A stretch of DNA of 64,000 nt from an uncultured delta proteobacterium (GTDB lineage Bacteria; Desulfobacterota; Binatia; Binatales; Binataceae). A model generated the notes under the pieces. The model saw only the letters and a program-made list of their open reading frames with translations, had not been told where the DNA came from and did no database searches. The DNA is taken from the NCBI GenBank assembly GCA_963771325.1, contig CAVYTJ010000002.1, positions 673,074-737,073 on the forward strand. The letters are read 5' to 3'. Positions 45,634 through 54,879 of this stretch are shown here, piece after piece; positions within the stretch are counted from its first letter, which is position 1; every line of letters starts with the position of its first letter. Both the position numbers and the translations under genes were made by a program.

Positions 45634-46401
45634 TCACTCGACCAGGTAGTAGTCGACAGTCGAAACCAGGCGCAGTTTCTTCTCGATCGAGGAGCGCTCC
45701 TCGGCCGGGTCCGGCACTTCGCCGTCGCGGCTCAGCACCTGGAAGACGCCCTCGTTGGCGCGCCGAATCGCGCCGAGATGGCTGTTGGAGTCGGCGGCGA
45801 ACTGCTGCGCCAGGACACGGGCGCTCTTGGTCGCCTGCGCCAGCATCGCGGGCCGGATATCGCCCACGTGGGTGAACAGGTAGGCCGGGTTGGCGGGGGA
45901 GTTTTCGAGCGGCCGCCCGTCCAGCACCACGCCCTGCCGGATCAGCTCGCCGGTCGTCTGGCTCGCCGCGCGCACCGCGTCGACCTTGGTGGTGCGAATC
46001 TCGAAGCCCGCGGTTATCACATAGCGCCGGGCGGCCTCGACGTTGGGCGGTCCCATCGGCGCAGCGAATGCGAACTGGTCATTGACCCGCGTCGGCAGGG
46101 GTTCGATTTCGCGATCGATGAAGCCGGACTTGTCGATAAAGGCGCGGACGAGTTCGCGGTCGCGCTCACTGACGGCGCTGACTGCGCTGATGTCGGAGCC
46201 GGTCGCACTGAAGCTCAAGGTCCATACGGCGAGGTCGGCCTTGACGTTGCGTTCTGCCAGCCCCTTGACGCTGACGTAGCGTTCGGCGCGCCGTCCCTGG
46301 AAGAAGCCCTGGCCGACAAAATAGCCGCCCAAGGCCGCGCCGGCTCCGACCAACAGGCCGAGAATTACCGCGGCAGGAAACGAGATCGACCCCCGTTCCA
46401 T
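45634..46401 (-). CDS. SIMPL-domain (DUF541/YggE-like) periplasmic protein
   Basis: N-terminal TM/signal, then YVSVKGLAERNVKADLAVWTLSFSATG... typical of the SIMPL family. Confidence 0.6.
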   Translation of the reverse strand: MERGSISFPAAVILGLLVGAGAALGGYFVGQGFFQGRRAERYVSVKGLAERNVKADLAVWTLSFSATGSDISAVSAVSERDRELVRAFIDKSGFIDREIEPLPTRVNDQFAFAAPMGPPNVEAARRYVITAGFEIRTTKVDAVRAASQTTGELIRQGVVLDGRPLENSPANPAYLFTHVGDIRPAMLAQATKSARVLAQQFAADSNSHLGAIRRANEGVFQVLSRDGEVPDPAEERSSIEKKLRLVSTVDYYLVE

Positions 46402-46415
46402 CTTGTTCGCGCGGA

Positions 46416-46919
46416 TCAGTGCTGCGAGTTCTCGTCGCTCTCGAGCGCGAGGATCGTATGAATCGTAACCAGGCGCTTGACCACGTAGGAGCGTTTGCCG
46501 CGCGGAGTCTGGACCTCGATGTCATCCTGCTCGGCCTTGCCGATCAGCGCCCGTCCCAGCGGCGAGGAAAGCGAGATCCGGTTGGCGGCTCCGTCGACCT
46601 CCTCCGGCACCACGATCTCGTACTCCACGCTGACGCTTTCGTCGAGGTCTTCGAGCTCGACCCGGCTGCCCAGGCCGACCGTGTCGCGCGGGATCGAGTC
46701 GAGGTTAATCCGCGCAAGCTCCGAAACGCGCTCCTCGAGATTGGCCAGGCGCGCGCGCAGGAATTCCTGGCGCTGCTTGGCCATCGCCCACTCGGCGTTC
46801 TCCGAAAGATCGCCGTGTGCGCGCGCGCGCTCCAGCTCCTTGGGCAACTCCACGGTTAGCTCGCGCTTGAGATTGTCCATGTCCTTGCGCAGCCGCTTGA
46901 CTACTGGAAGTTCAGCCAT
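46416..46919 (-). CDS. greA: transcription elongation factor GreA
   Basis: N-terminal coiled coil with HGDLSENAEWAMAKQRQEFLRARL and the C-terminal FKBP-like domain. Confidence 0.9.
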   Translation of the reverse strand: MAELPVVKRLRKDMDNLKRELTVELPKELERARAHGDLSENAEWAMAKQRQEFLRARLANLEERVSELARINLDSIPRDTVGLGSRVELEDLDESVSVEYEIVVPEEVDGAANRISLSSPLGRALIGKAEQDDIEVQTPRGKRSYVVKRLVTIHTILALESDENSQH

Positions 46920-47000
46920 TGCTCTCCTGCAGACGCGACATCTGACTGCTTAATCGAGCTAACCATAGAATCTTTTCAAGCCGCCCCAAGCCGCGCGCCG

Positions 47001-47234
47001 CTAGTCGGCCACGATCGAAGTCAGGCTGCGATTGACTCCCGGCACGCTCTGGATTTTCTGCACCACCAATTCACCCAGCGAAGAAACGTCGCTCGCCTCG
47101 GCCACCGCGATGATGTCGTGCGGGCCGGTGACCGCGTGGGCGCTGGAGATTCCCGCCACATTGCGCAGCTTGGTTGCGACTTCCCGCGCCTTGCCCGGCG
47201 AGGTGTCGACGAGGATGAACGCTTTGACCGACAT
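47001..47234 (-). CDS. stand-alone Lrp/AsnC ligand-binding (RAM) domain protein
   Basis: MSVKAFILVDTSPGKAREVATKLRNVAGISSAHAVTGPHDIIAVAEA... The ATG has an AAGGAGG RBS. Confidence 0.5.
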   Translation of the reverse strand: MSVKAFILVDTSPGKAREVATKLRNVAGISSAHAVTGPHDIIAVAEASDVSSLGELVVQKIQSVPGVNRSLTSIVAD

Positions 47235-47313
47235 CTGCTCTTCCTCCTTGGTTGGATTGCTGGCGAATTTCGACCCGGCGAACCTTTCACCGATCGCGCG
47301 GCGCCCGAACCGG

Positions 47314-48201
47314 CTAGCGCGCCACCGGCGGAATCGCGACCCCCTGTTCGGTGTACATGTAAAAGCCACGGCCGGCCTTGCGCCCCAAATAGCCGGCGTC
47401 GACGTATTTCTTGAGCAACGGGCACGGGCGATATTTGTCGTCGCCGAAGGTGCGATGCATCACCTCCATGATCGCGAGACAGGTGTCCAGGCCGATCAGA
47501 TCCGCCAGCTCCAGCGGACCCATCGGCTGATTGGTGCCGAGCTTCATCGCGATATCGATATCGCTGACTCCGCCCACGCCCTCGTACATCGTGTAGATGG
47601 CCTCGTTGATCATCGGCAGCAGGACCCGGTTGACGATAAAGCCGGGGAAGTCCTCGGCGGTCATCGTGTTCTTGCCCAGCCGCTCGGCCAGCGTGCGCGT
47701 CTGCTCGAAGGTCTCCTGCGAGGTCGCGAGTCCGCGGATGATCTCGACCAGCTTCATCGCCGGCACCGGGTTCATGAAGTGCATCCCGATGAAGCGCGGC
47801 GCGCGGCTGGTGCGCGCGGCCATCCGCGTGATCGAAATCGACGAAGTGTTGGAGGCGAAAATGATCTCGGGCGGGCAGACCTTGTCGAGCTTCTGGAACA
47901 GCGCGATCTTGGCCTCTTCGTTTTCGACCACCGCCTCGATTAGGAAATCGACCTCGCGGAGGTCCTCCAGCCGCGCGGTGGTCTTGATACGGCCGAGCAC
48001 GCGCGCGCATTCCTCGGGCTTGATCCGGCCGCGCTTGACCATCCGATCGAGGTCGCGTCCGATATTCTCCACCCCGCGCCGGCATAGTTCCTCGCTGACG
48101 TCGTGGATCAGGACCTCGAAGCCCGCCTGCCCCGCCACCTCGGCGACTCCGCCGCCCATCTGTCCCGAGCCCACGATGCCCAGTCTGCTAACCGCCATCA
48201 A
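47314..48201 (-). CDS. hbd: 3-hydroxybutyryl-CoA / 3-hydroxyacyl-CoA dehydrogenase
   Basis: NAD-binding IVGSGQMGGGVA, plus FASNTSSISIT, HFMNPVPAMKLVEIIRG and the C-terminal dimerisation domain. Confidence 0.85.
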   Translation of the reverse strand: MMAVSRLGIVGSGQMGGGVAEVAGQAGFEVLIHDVSEELCRRGVENIGRDLDRMVKRGRIKPEECARVLGRIKTTARLEDLREVDFLIEAVVENEEAKIALFQKLDKVCPPEIIFASNTSSISITRMAARTSRAPRFIGMHFMNPVPAMKLVEIIRGLATSQETFEQTRTLAERLGKNTMTAEDFPGFIVNRVLLPMINEAIYTMYEGVGGVSDIDIAMKLGTNQPMGPLELADLIGLDTCLAIMEVMHRTFGDDKYRPCPLLKKYVDAGYLGRKAGRGFYMYTEQGVAIPPVAR

Positions 48202-48301
48202 TTCCTCTCCGTCGGCGCGCGCGCCGCTTCAACCCGAAAAAAACTCCTGCGCGGCGCATTCCCAGTCAAGTTCCCAACCAAGATCCCGATCAAGAATTCC
48301 A

Positions 48302-48664
48302 TCAGGATAACTCGGGCGGTTTGTCGCCGGCTCGCCACGTACCCTCGCCGCCGCCCGCACGCATCGAGCCGCGTACCCGGCGCACGTCTTCGGGCGACTG
48401 GCGCCCGGGCATCCCCAGCCCGCGCATCAGTACGTTGGTCAACTCCGAGGTCAAACGGTCGCGCAGCGTCGGCTCCCCGCCCAACTGGGCGTCGAGCACC
48501 CGATCCACCTGCTCCCGCGTCAGTCCTTCGGCGGCAAAAATATCCACCAGTCCGACCAGTCCCACCGTGGGGCCGGCCCGCTCGACAATACTGATGATCT
48601 TGCCGCAGACCGGGCAGGTCCGGCGAATCAGTCCGGCCCATCGCCGGCAATAGAGGCAGCGCAT
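48302..48664 (-). CDS. hypothetical protein with N-terminal CxxC...CxxC zinc ribbon
   Basis: MRCLYCRRWAGLIRRTCPVCG... No family recognised. The coding call is weak. Confidence 0.3.
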   Translation of the reverse strand: MRCLYCRRWAGLIRRTCPVCGKIISIVERAGPTVGLVGLVDIFAAEGLTREQVDRVLDAQLGGEPTLRDRLTSELTNVLMRGLGMPGRQSPEDVRRVRGSMRAGGGEGTWRAGDKPPELS

Positions 48665-48856
48665 GCGCTGGTTTAAGCCGACCTCCTACGCTCCGAAAGC
48701 GAAAGCGGGCGCGCGTGCCCACCACAGGCGCGCTGCCCCGCTCTGATTTTGAAACTACACCGGCCCAACAAGCGCGGCAAGCCGCCTTTGCTTAGGGCGC
48801 GCGATATCGCTTTGATATCGCTCGCCTTGACATCGCGTTCGTGGGCGTAATAACCT

Positions 48857-48879
48857 TAATTGAGAATGGTTCTCAATTA
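48857..48879. promoter_or_regulatory. perfect 10-3-10 palindrome taattgagaa-tgg-ttctcaatta in an AT-rich region upstream of the FTR1 permease gene; Fur-family (Irr/ICE-like TTTAGAA-N3-TTCTAAA) operator candidate. Followed by a 16-bp tandem repeat agtaaaacagtagaac x2.3 (48882-48920).
   Basis: Read directly. Each half-site matches the ICE half TTTAGAA at 6/7 positions. The gdatatcgct direct repeat at 48803-48828 is nearby. Confidence 0.45.
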
Positions 48880-48960
48880 CAAGTAAAACAGTAGAACAGT
48901 AAAACAGTAGAAAAGTAGAACAAATAAGACGATTTAAGGCGTCACCCAAGGAATCTCAAG

Positions 48961-49897
48961 TTGCCCACTGTCCTACCTTACTTTTTCTATTCCCTCGGCA
49001 TCCTGGTGCGCGAGGGCTCCGAAGCCTTGCTGGTTGTCGTTGCACTGCTTGCCGCAGTGCGCGAGGCCGGGCAGGAGCGACGCGCGCGCGATATCTACGC
49101 CGGCGCGTCTGCTCGCGCTCGGACTCAGCCTCGTGCTGGCGTGGGCGGTCAACCATCTCATTGCCGACGACACCAGCGATACGCTCGAGGGCGTCTTCCA
49201 ATTGCTCGCCGCGGCGACGCTCTTTTACGTGAGCTCCTGGCTGACCGCGCGCGGCCAGAGCGACCGCTGGCGCACCTTCCTGCACGACAAGGTCGAAGCG
49301 TCGCGTGACATCGCGGGGCCCTCAATCGCGCTTGGACTGACGGCGTTTTTGGCCGTGATGCGCGAGGGCGCCGAGACTATCGTCTTCTTCCAGGCGCTGC
49401 TCGGCGGCGCGACTGAAACCGCCGAGCGTCATGCGGTGATGGCGGGATTGCTGGCGGGCGCGCTGGCACTGGGCGTGATTTTCCTGGTCCTGCGCAAGGC
49501 GGCGTTTCGCATCCCGCTCGGCTCGTTCTTCACCGCGACCTCAGTGCTGCTCTACGGACTGGCGGTGATCTTCGTCGGCCAGGGAATTTCGAGCTTCCAG
49601 GAATCGGGCGTGATGCGCGCGACTTTCGTCGATCATGTGCCGACCATCCAGGCGCTGGGACTCTTTCCAACCGTGCAAACGCTCGCGGCGCAGGCCGCGA
49701 TGCTCGGGCTGGCGGCGCTCGCGTTGTTCGCCCCGGCTGGCCCGCGCAAGCGCAAGCACGACGATACGCCGGCGGCAGCCGGCGGCAAGGTCAGCCCGCG
49801 CATCGCCAGCCGCTCCCGCGTTAGTTCGCGAATTTCCGGTCGCGCTGTCGCGCCTGTTGCCCGCGCATCGCGAAAGCTGTTACCCAGTGGTTCCTGA
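48961..49897 (+). pseudogene. FTR1/EfeU-family high-affinity iron permease, frameshifted near 49100-49125 (may be an assembly artefact)
   Basis: The first REGxE motif (LVREGSEALLVVVALL) is in frame 1 (48961-49308). The second (AVMREGAETIVFFQALL) and the remaining TM helices are in frame 2 (49034-49897). Confidence 0.7.
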
Positions 49898-49900
49898 GGA

Positions 49901-50776
49901 ATGCCCGCGATGCCGCCGCCACTTGCCGATGATCCGGCCTCCAATGATCCTGTCCCGCATGATTCTGCCCAGCATGATCCTGTCCCGCACGATCTTGCTC
50001 ACGCGAGAGCCAGCGAAACCACGGCGCCTAATCACGCACCCGAGCCGTCGCCGACACCGCAACGCGGCATAGTCGAAGTCATATGGGGTGCCGCGGCGAC
50101 CGCGTTGGCGGTTTTCTACACCGCGGCGCTTGCGCCCTGCGCCGCGCTGGTCAGCGTGCTCGGGTATCCTCATCTGGCCACACCGATCAGCCGTCTCTGG
50201 GGCTGGCTCATCGTGCGCACCAGCGGCGTCACGGCCGAGATCGAGGGACTCGAGCATCTCGCCGGCCTCAAATCCTACGTCCTGGTCTCAAACCATCAGA
50301 GCTTCTTCGACATCTTCGCGATCTGTGCCTGGATGCCGGGAGAGCCGCGCTTCGTGGCAAAACAGGAGCTGGGGAAAATCCCGGTGCTGGGATCGGCGAT
50401 GCGCCGTTCGGGGCACATCATGATCGATCGCGCCAAGGGCGGTCAGGCAATCCGCAAGGCGCTCAAGATCGCGCGGGAGGGTTTTTCGATCGTGGTTTTC
50501 GCCGAGGGCACGCGCTTCAGCGACAACCGGGTGCATCCGTTCAACGACGGCGCGGCGTGGCTCGCGATCGCAACGCGCCAGAAATGCGTGCCGATGGCGA
50601 TCAGCGGAACCGCCGGCTTTTTTCCGCGCGGCGCGCGAATCGTGCGCCCGGGGCGGCGGATGCGGATGGCGATCGGACCGCCGGTCGATACCACGGAACT
50701 GCGCGGCGCCGATCGCGAGGCGCTGACGCGCCAACTCGAAGCGAGCGTGCGCGCGCTCTTTCGCACCGAAGTGTAA
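49901..50776 (+). CDS. plsC: 1-acyl-sn-glycerol-3-phosphate acyltransferase (LPLAT family) with a Pro/His/Asp-rich N-terminal extension
   Basis: Acyltransferase motifs VSNHQSFFDI (HX4D), FVAKQEL, FAEGTRF, VPMAISG. Confidence 0.8.
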   Translation: MPAMPPPLADDPASNDPVPHDSAQHDPVPHDLAHARASETTAPNHAPEPSPTPQRGIVEVIWGAAATALAVFYTAALAPCAALVSVLGYPHLATPISRLWGWLIVRTSGVTAEIEGLEHLAGLKSYVLVSNHQSFFDIFAICAWMPGEPRFVAKQELGKIPVLGSAMRRSGHIMIDRAKGGQAIRKALKIAREGFSIVVFAEGTRFSDNRVHPFNDGAAWLAIATRQKCVPMAISGTAGFFPRGARIVRPGRRMRMAIGPPVDTTELRGADREALTRQLEASVRALFRTEV

Positions 50777-50852
50777 GCCCACGGGCGGATTCGCCGCTGA
50801 AGGCCGGTTGCGCCAGCGGAGCTCGGCCGCGTCGCGCGGATGGCGAAAAAAT

Positions 50853-51227
50853 TCAGACCTTGCGGTCGAAGATGAATAGCGGGACCTGGTTGGCGATCTT
50901 CGGATCGAGCGCGAGCACGCGGCGCCCATGATCGATCTTCGGCGCCGGCGGTTCGATACCTGCACTCTTCAACGCCGCGGCGACTTGCGCGACGTCTTCC
51001 GCCTCCAGCCAGAGCCCCGCAAGCCCCTCGCCGCTCGTGGCGATCGCCGAGGCCGCCGCGGCGCCCGCGACCAGCCGGATTTCCGCGCCACCCACCTTAA
51101 GCGTCGCGCTGTCGGCGCTGGAATCTGGCGTCAATTCGAAGCCGAAGTTCTCGCGGTAGGTCTTTACCGCGTCCGCAAGATCGGTCGTCGCGACCTCCAG
51201 CGTATCGAACCGTTTCAGCAGTGCCAT
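50853..51227 (-). CDS. VOC (glyoxalase/bleomycin-resistance fold) family protein
   Basis: Single beta-alpha-beta-beta-beta module composition (MALLKRFDTLEVATTDLADAVKTYRENFGFEL...). Start moved to the internal ATG. Confidence 0.5.
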   Translation of the reverse strand: MALLKRFDTLEVATTDLADAVKTYRENFGFELTPDSSADSATLKVGGAEIRLVAGAAAASAIATSGEGLAGLWLEAEDVAQVAAALKSAGIEPPAPKIDHGRRVLALDPKIANQVPLFIFDRKV

Positions 51228-51273
51228 TGTTTCACTTTCACCGGTCTCTTCAGGATACTTCACTGCGCCGGGA

Positions 51274-52026
51274 TCATTGTTTCGCGGGCGCCAGCGTGAA
51301 GTCTGCCGTCGCTGTTTTGCCCGGCTCGACCGTCACCTTCCGCGTCTGTGTGCCGAGCTTTTCCTGCCACACCTCGAGCGTGTACGTCCCCGGCGGAACG
51401 TCCTGGATCATAAACTTGCCGTTGCCGTCAGTCACCGCATAGTACGGATTGCCCGCCACGAACCACCATCCATGCATCCAGTTGTGCGCGTCGCAACTCA
51501 CAGCGATCAATTCCGGATATTTGAGCGGCGCGGTTACGATCACGTGCTTGAACGGCGGCTGCGCCATGTCGAGCGCGGGGTTGCGTTTGGACTCGGTGCG
51601 GACGCTGTGCAGGATGCCGTCGGAGTTGACGATATCGACCGTGCTGCCGACGGGAAAGGCGAGCACGTGCGGGGTGTAGTCGCAGCCCTTCTGGTCGAAT
51701 TTCACGTCCTTCAGCGGAGCCAGCGGAACGCCCTTTGTGATGTCGGCGATGCTCACGACGGCATTGGCGATACCGCCGCCGGCGCCCACGATCAGACTTT
51801 CGTCATAGAGCGGCGCGGCGCCGCATACTTCGCGGTCCTTGCTGATTTCGACCGGCTTGCGGGCGGGCGGCGCGCCGTCGAATTTGACCGTGCCGGCGAT
51901 CGCCCCGGTGTCCTTGACGGTCTCGGCCTGGTAAGCGTAGGCGCGCGCGACCGGCGTAAGCGATGCGATGGCTATGAAGGCGGCAGCGGCGCGAGCGATC
52001 GCAAAGAAGCGGAGCCGATGGCGCAA
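51274..52026 (-). CDS. secreted cupredoxin-like domain protein with C-terminal carboxypeptidase-regulatory-like beta-sandwich
   Basis: Signal peptide, then VGSTVDIVNSDGILHSV (compare amicyanin VGDTVTWINREAMPHNV) and SCDAHNWMHGWW (Cys-x2-His-x2-Met). C-terminal GKFMIQDVPPGTYTLEVW. Confidence 0.5.
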   Translation of the reverse strand: MRHRLRFFAIARAAAAFIAIASLTPVARAYAYQAETVKDTGAIAGTVKFDGAPPARKPVEISKDREVCGAAPLYDESLIVGAGGGIANAVVSIADITKGVPLAPLKDVKFDQKGCDYTPHVLAFPVGSTVDIVNSDGILHSVRTESKRNPALDMAQPPFKHVIVTAPLKYPELIAVSCDAHNWMHGWWFVAGNPYYAVTDGNGKFMIQDVPPGTYTLEVWQEKLGTQTRKVTVEPGKTATADFTLAPAKQ

Positions 52027-52048
52027 ATGCTGCCTCTGAGGGGGCTTG

Positions 52049-52669
52049 CTAAGCCGCCAGCTTGGTCGCGATCACGACGCGATGGACCGAAAAGCGCGCG
52101 ATACGCTCGTTGCGGTCGACGCTGATCTTGTGGCCGTCGAGCACGTCACGGACAAGCAGCCGCGTGGTCCATCCCAGATGCCTGGTCAGCGGGTTGGCGA
52201 CCCATACCAGCGAATAGAGCAGCGGATTTTCGCTCGCGAAATGATTGATGAGGACAATCTTGCCGCCCGGCTTACATACCCGCAGCATCTCCTGCATCAT
52301 GCGCGGCGGATCCGGCACCACCGTCATCACGTGGAAACTCGTCACGCAATCGAAGCTGTTGTCGGGAAACTCGAGATTAAGCGCGTCGCCCTGGCGGACG
52401 TCGATATGACCCCAGCCGTTCTCGCGGGTCTTCTTGACCGCGTGCGCGAGCATGTCGGTGGACGGATCGATGCCCACGACCTTGACGTAGGGCGGATAGG
52501 CGTCGAGCGAAATGCCGGTGCCCACGCCGACTTCGAGCACCTGCTGCCCCGGACGCAGATTGAGCTGCTCGATTGTCTCGTGTTCGTGGTCGACAAAAAT
52601 TCGCCCGAACGTGTGGTCGTAAAAACGCGCAAAGTCGGAATATACGCGGCTCTGATGCGGTTCGCCCAT
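52049..52669 (-). CDS. class I SAM-dependent methyltransferase (UbiE/COQ5-like, Methyltransf_11)
   Basis: Motif I VLEVGVGTGISL, post I VVGIDPS, motif II/III region. Confidence 0.8.
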   Translation of the reverse strand: MGEPHQSRVYSDFARFYDHTFGRIFVDHEHETIEQLNLRPGQQVLEVGVGTGISLDAYPPYVKVVGIDPSTDMLAHAVKKTRENGWGHIDVRQGDALNLEFPDNSFDCVTSFHVMTVVPDPPRMMQEMLRVCKPGGKIVLINHFASENPLLYSLVWVANPLTRHLGWTTRLLVRDVLDGHKISVDRNERIARFSVHRVVIATKLAA

Positions 52670-52770
52670 CGCTAGTAAAACCTCAAACCTCTGTGCAGTG
52701 TACGCCGCCGCGGCTGCACGGATACGGCGCGCGTATCGCTACGCCCCCAAACTCTTTCCCATTCCCGGCG

Positions 52771-52965
52771 CTAGGCTGCCGCGTTGATGCCCCGCGTCTG
52801 GCGCTTGAAGGAGGCGATGTCGCGTTTGCGAAAGCGCCACTGCCGTCCCTTCTTGAACGCGGGCAGAATATTGCGGCGTGCGAATTCGTTGACCGTGTCG
52901 GGGCTCAGATCGAGCAGAAAAGCCACTTCCCGTGAGTTCAAAAGCACGTCGTCTTTGTCTGCCAT
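52771..52965 (-). CDS. excisionase-family (HTH_17/MerR-like) small DNA-binding protein
   Basis: LNSREVAFLLDLSPDTVNEFARRNILPAFKKGRQWRFRKRDIASF is the Xis-type HTH signature. 64 aa. Confidence 0.6.
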   Translation of the reverse strand: MADKDDVLLNSREVAFLLDLSPDTVNEFARRNILPAFKKGRQWRFRKRDIASFKRQTRGINAAA

Positions 52966-53124
52966 GGTCGTGCTCTAAGGCTCGCGGTTTTTAATATGAA
53001 CCCTTCGATCAAGTCAAGGTATTCTGACAAAACGCCGCCCGCGCCGCCATCGCCGAGGGACGACCCACGTCGGGCACTCGGATGGAGCGGCGTCTGTGCC
53101 ATAATTAGCCTGTCATAACACTTC

Positions 53125-54801
53125 TTAGACGCTTATTGAATTCAGCCGGCGCATCGAAATCAGGTAATCATACCACGCCCGCGTCACCACGAAGCACGAG
53201 AACACGCCCGTCAGCACGCCCACGCAGAGCGTGACCGCGAAGCCTTTCACCGGCCCCGTCCCAAACTGGAACAGAATCAGGCCGGCTACGAAGGTCGAGA
53301 TATTGGAATCGCGAATCGCGGACCACGCGCGCTCGTAGCCGAGGCGGACCGCCTCCCGCGGCGTTTTGCCCAGGCGCAACTCCTCGCGCATCCGTTCATT
53401 GACCAGGACGTTGGCGTCGACCGACATGCCGAGCGTCAACACGATCCCGGCGATTCCCGGGAGCGTCAGCGTCGCCTGCATCGCCGCCATCACGCAGATC
53501 AGCAGCAGGATGTTGAGCGAGAGTCCAAAGTCGGCGAGCAAGCCGGCTCCGCTGTAGTACGCGGCCATGAAGACCAGCACCACCAGCGCGCCGACCACGA
53601 ACGACCGCTCGCCCTGGCGTATCGAATCGCGCCCCAGCGACGGTCCGACCGTGCGCTCTTCGATAATCTCCACCGGCGCCGGCAGCGCGCCCGAGCGCAG
53701 CACGATCGCCAGTTCGTGCGACTCGTCGTAAGTGAAGTTGCCGGTTATCTGCACGTGGCCGCCGGGAATCGGCTCCCTGATTACCGGCGCGGAGTAAACG
53801 ATATTGTCGAGCACGATCGCGATCTTGCGGCCCACGTTGGCCGACGTGATCGCGCCGAAAATCTGCGCGCCGCGCTGGTCGAGGTCGACGGTGACATACG
53901 GTCCTTCGAGCTGCCCGCCGGGACGCACGCGCGCGTCGGTGATCGTGTCGCCGGTGAGCAGCACGGGCGACTCGACCAGGTAGGGCTCACGGCCGCCGCG
54001 GCTGGCGGGCCCGTAGAGGATTTCGTCACCCGGCGGCGGGCCGTCGCGCAACGCGTCGGAGACCGAATGATTGTCGTCGACCAGCTTGAACTGCAGCACG
54101 CCGGTCTTGCCGATCAGCTCCTTGGCGCGCTCGGGGTCCTGGATACCGGGGAGCTGCACTAAAATCTCGTCGTTGCCCTCCTGGGCGATCGTGGTCTCGC
54201 GAACTCCGAGCTGGTCGATTCGATTGCGGATGGTCTCGAGCGCCTGCTCCATCGCATTGCGCCGCACCTGATCCAGTTCGATCGGCCGGTAAGTCATCTG
54301 GTAGGTCGGCCCGGCGTCACCCGAGTTGGGCGCAAGCCCGATCACCATGTCGGAAAAAAGCTTGCCCGCGAGATCGAGAAAAGCGGTCCGCTCGTCCGCG
54401 CTGGGCAAGGTCACCAGCACCGCGCTACCCGAAGGATCGACGGTGACGCTCTTAACCTCGAGCTTGTTCTGCTTCATCTCCTGCTTGACGTCGTCGGCGA
54501 CGCGGCGCAACTGGGTTTTGACCGCCTCGTCGAGTTTGACCTCGAGCAAAAGATGGGTGCCGCCCTGGAGGTCGAGCCCCAACTGGATTTTTGGTGTCGG
54601 GATGGTGCTGGTCCACCAATCGGGCAGTGCGCCGCTGATGCTGGGTAGCAGAATCAACACGGCCAGTGCGGTCAGCGCCGCGGCCAGGTAAAGCCGCGTG
54701 CGGCCGCTGCCGCCGGTGAAGTGCAGCCACAAAAAAGCGCCCGCGACCGCGAGCAGGATGATTATCGGGATGAAATCGGCGTTTGCGTTAGCGTTTTCCA
54801 C
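53125..54801 (-). CDS. secD: protein translocase subunit SecD
   Basis: N-terminal TM, large periplasmic P1 domain, C-terminal 5-TM bundle ...FGTGPVKGFAVTLCVGVLTGVFS. GTG start. No secF follows. Confidence 0.9.
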   Translation of the reverse strand: MENANANADFIPIIILLAVAGAFLWLHFTGGSGRTRLYLAAALTALAVLILLPSISGALPDWWTSTIPTPKIQLGLDLQGGTHLLLEVKLDEAVKTQLRRVADDVKQEMKQNKLEVKSVTVDPSGSAVLVTLPSADERTAFLDLAGKLFSDMVIGLAPNSGDAGPTYQMTYRPIELDQVRRNAMEQALETIRNRIDQLGVRETTIAQEGNDEILVQLPGIQDPERAKELIGKTGVLQFKLVDDNHSVSDALRDGPPPGDEILYGPASRGGREPYLVESPVLLTGDTITDARVRPGGQLEGPYVTVDLDQRGAQIFGAITSANVGRKIAIVLDNIVYSAPVIREPIPGGHVQITGNFTYDESHELAIVLRSGALPAPVEIIEERTVGPSLGRDSIRQGERSFVVGALVVLVFMAAYYSGAGLLADFGLSLNILLLICVMAAMQATLTLPGIAGIVLTLGMSVDANVLVNERMREELRLGKTPREAVRLGYERAWSAIRDSNISTFVAGLILFQFGTGPVKGFAVTLCVGVLTGVFSCFVVTRAWYDYLISMRRLNSISV

Positions 54802-54826
54802 TTTTCACTTTTTCACTTTTCACTTG
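54799..54826. repeat. heptamer microsatellite (cactttt)x3.9 on the + strand, i.e. (AAAAGTG)n immediately 5' of and overlapping the secD GTG start
   Basis: Read directly: ccacttttcactttttcacttttcacttg. Lies in the yajC-secD intergenic gap. Confidence 0.6.
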
Positions 54827-54879
54827 AAGTCGGCGAAGCTTTTGAGCGGCGAGACTTTTGATCCTGAATTGCGCACCCG

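Noticed and set aside
52966-53124. possible tRNA or small RNA in the gap after secD
   Set aside because: No cloverleaf-compatible stems or conserved T-loop/D-loop motifs could be found by eye.
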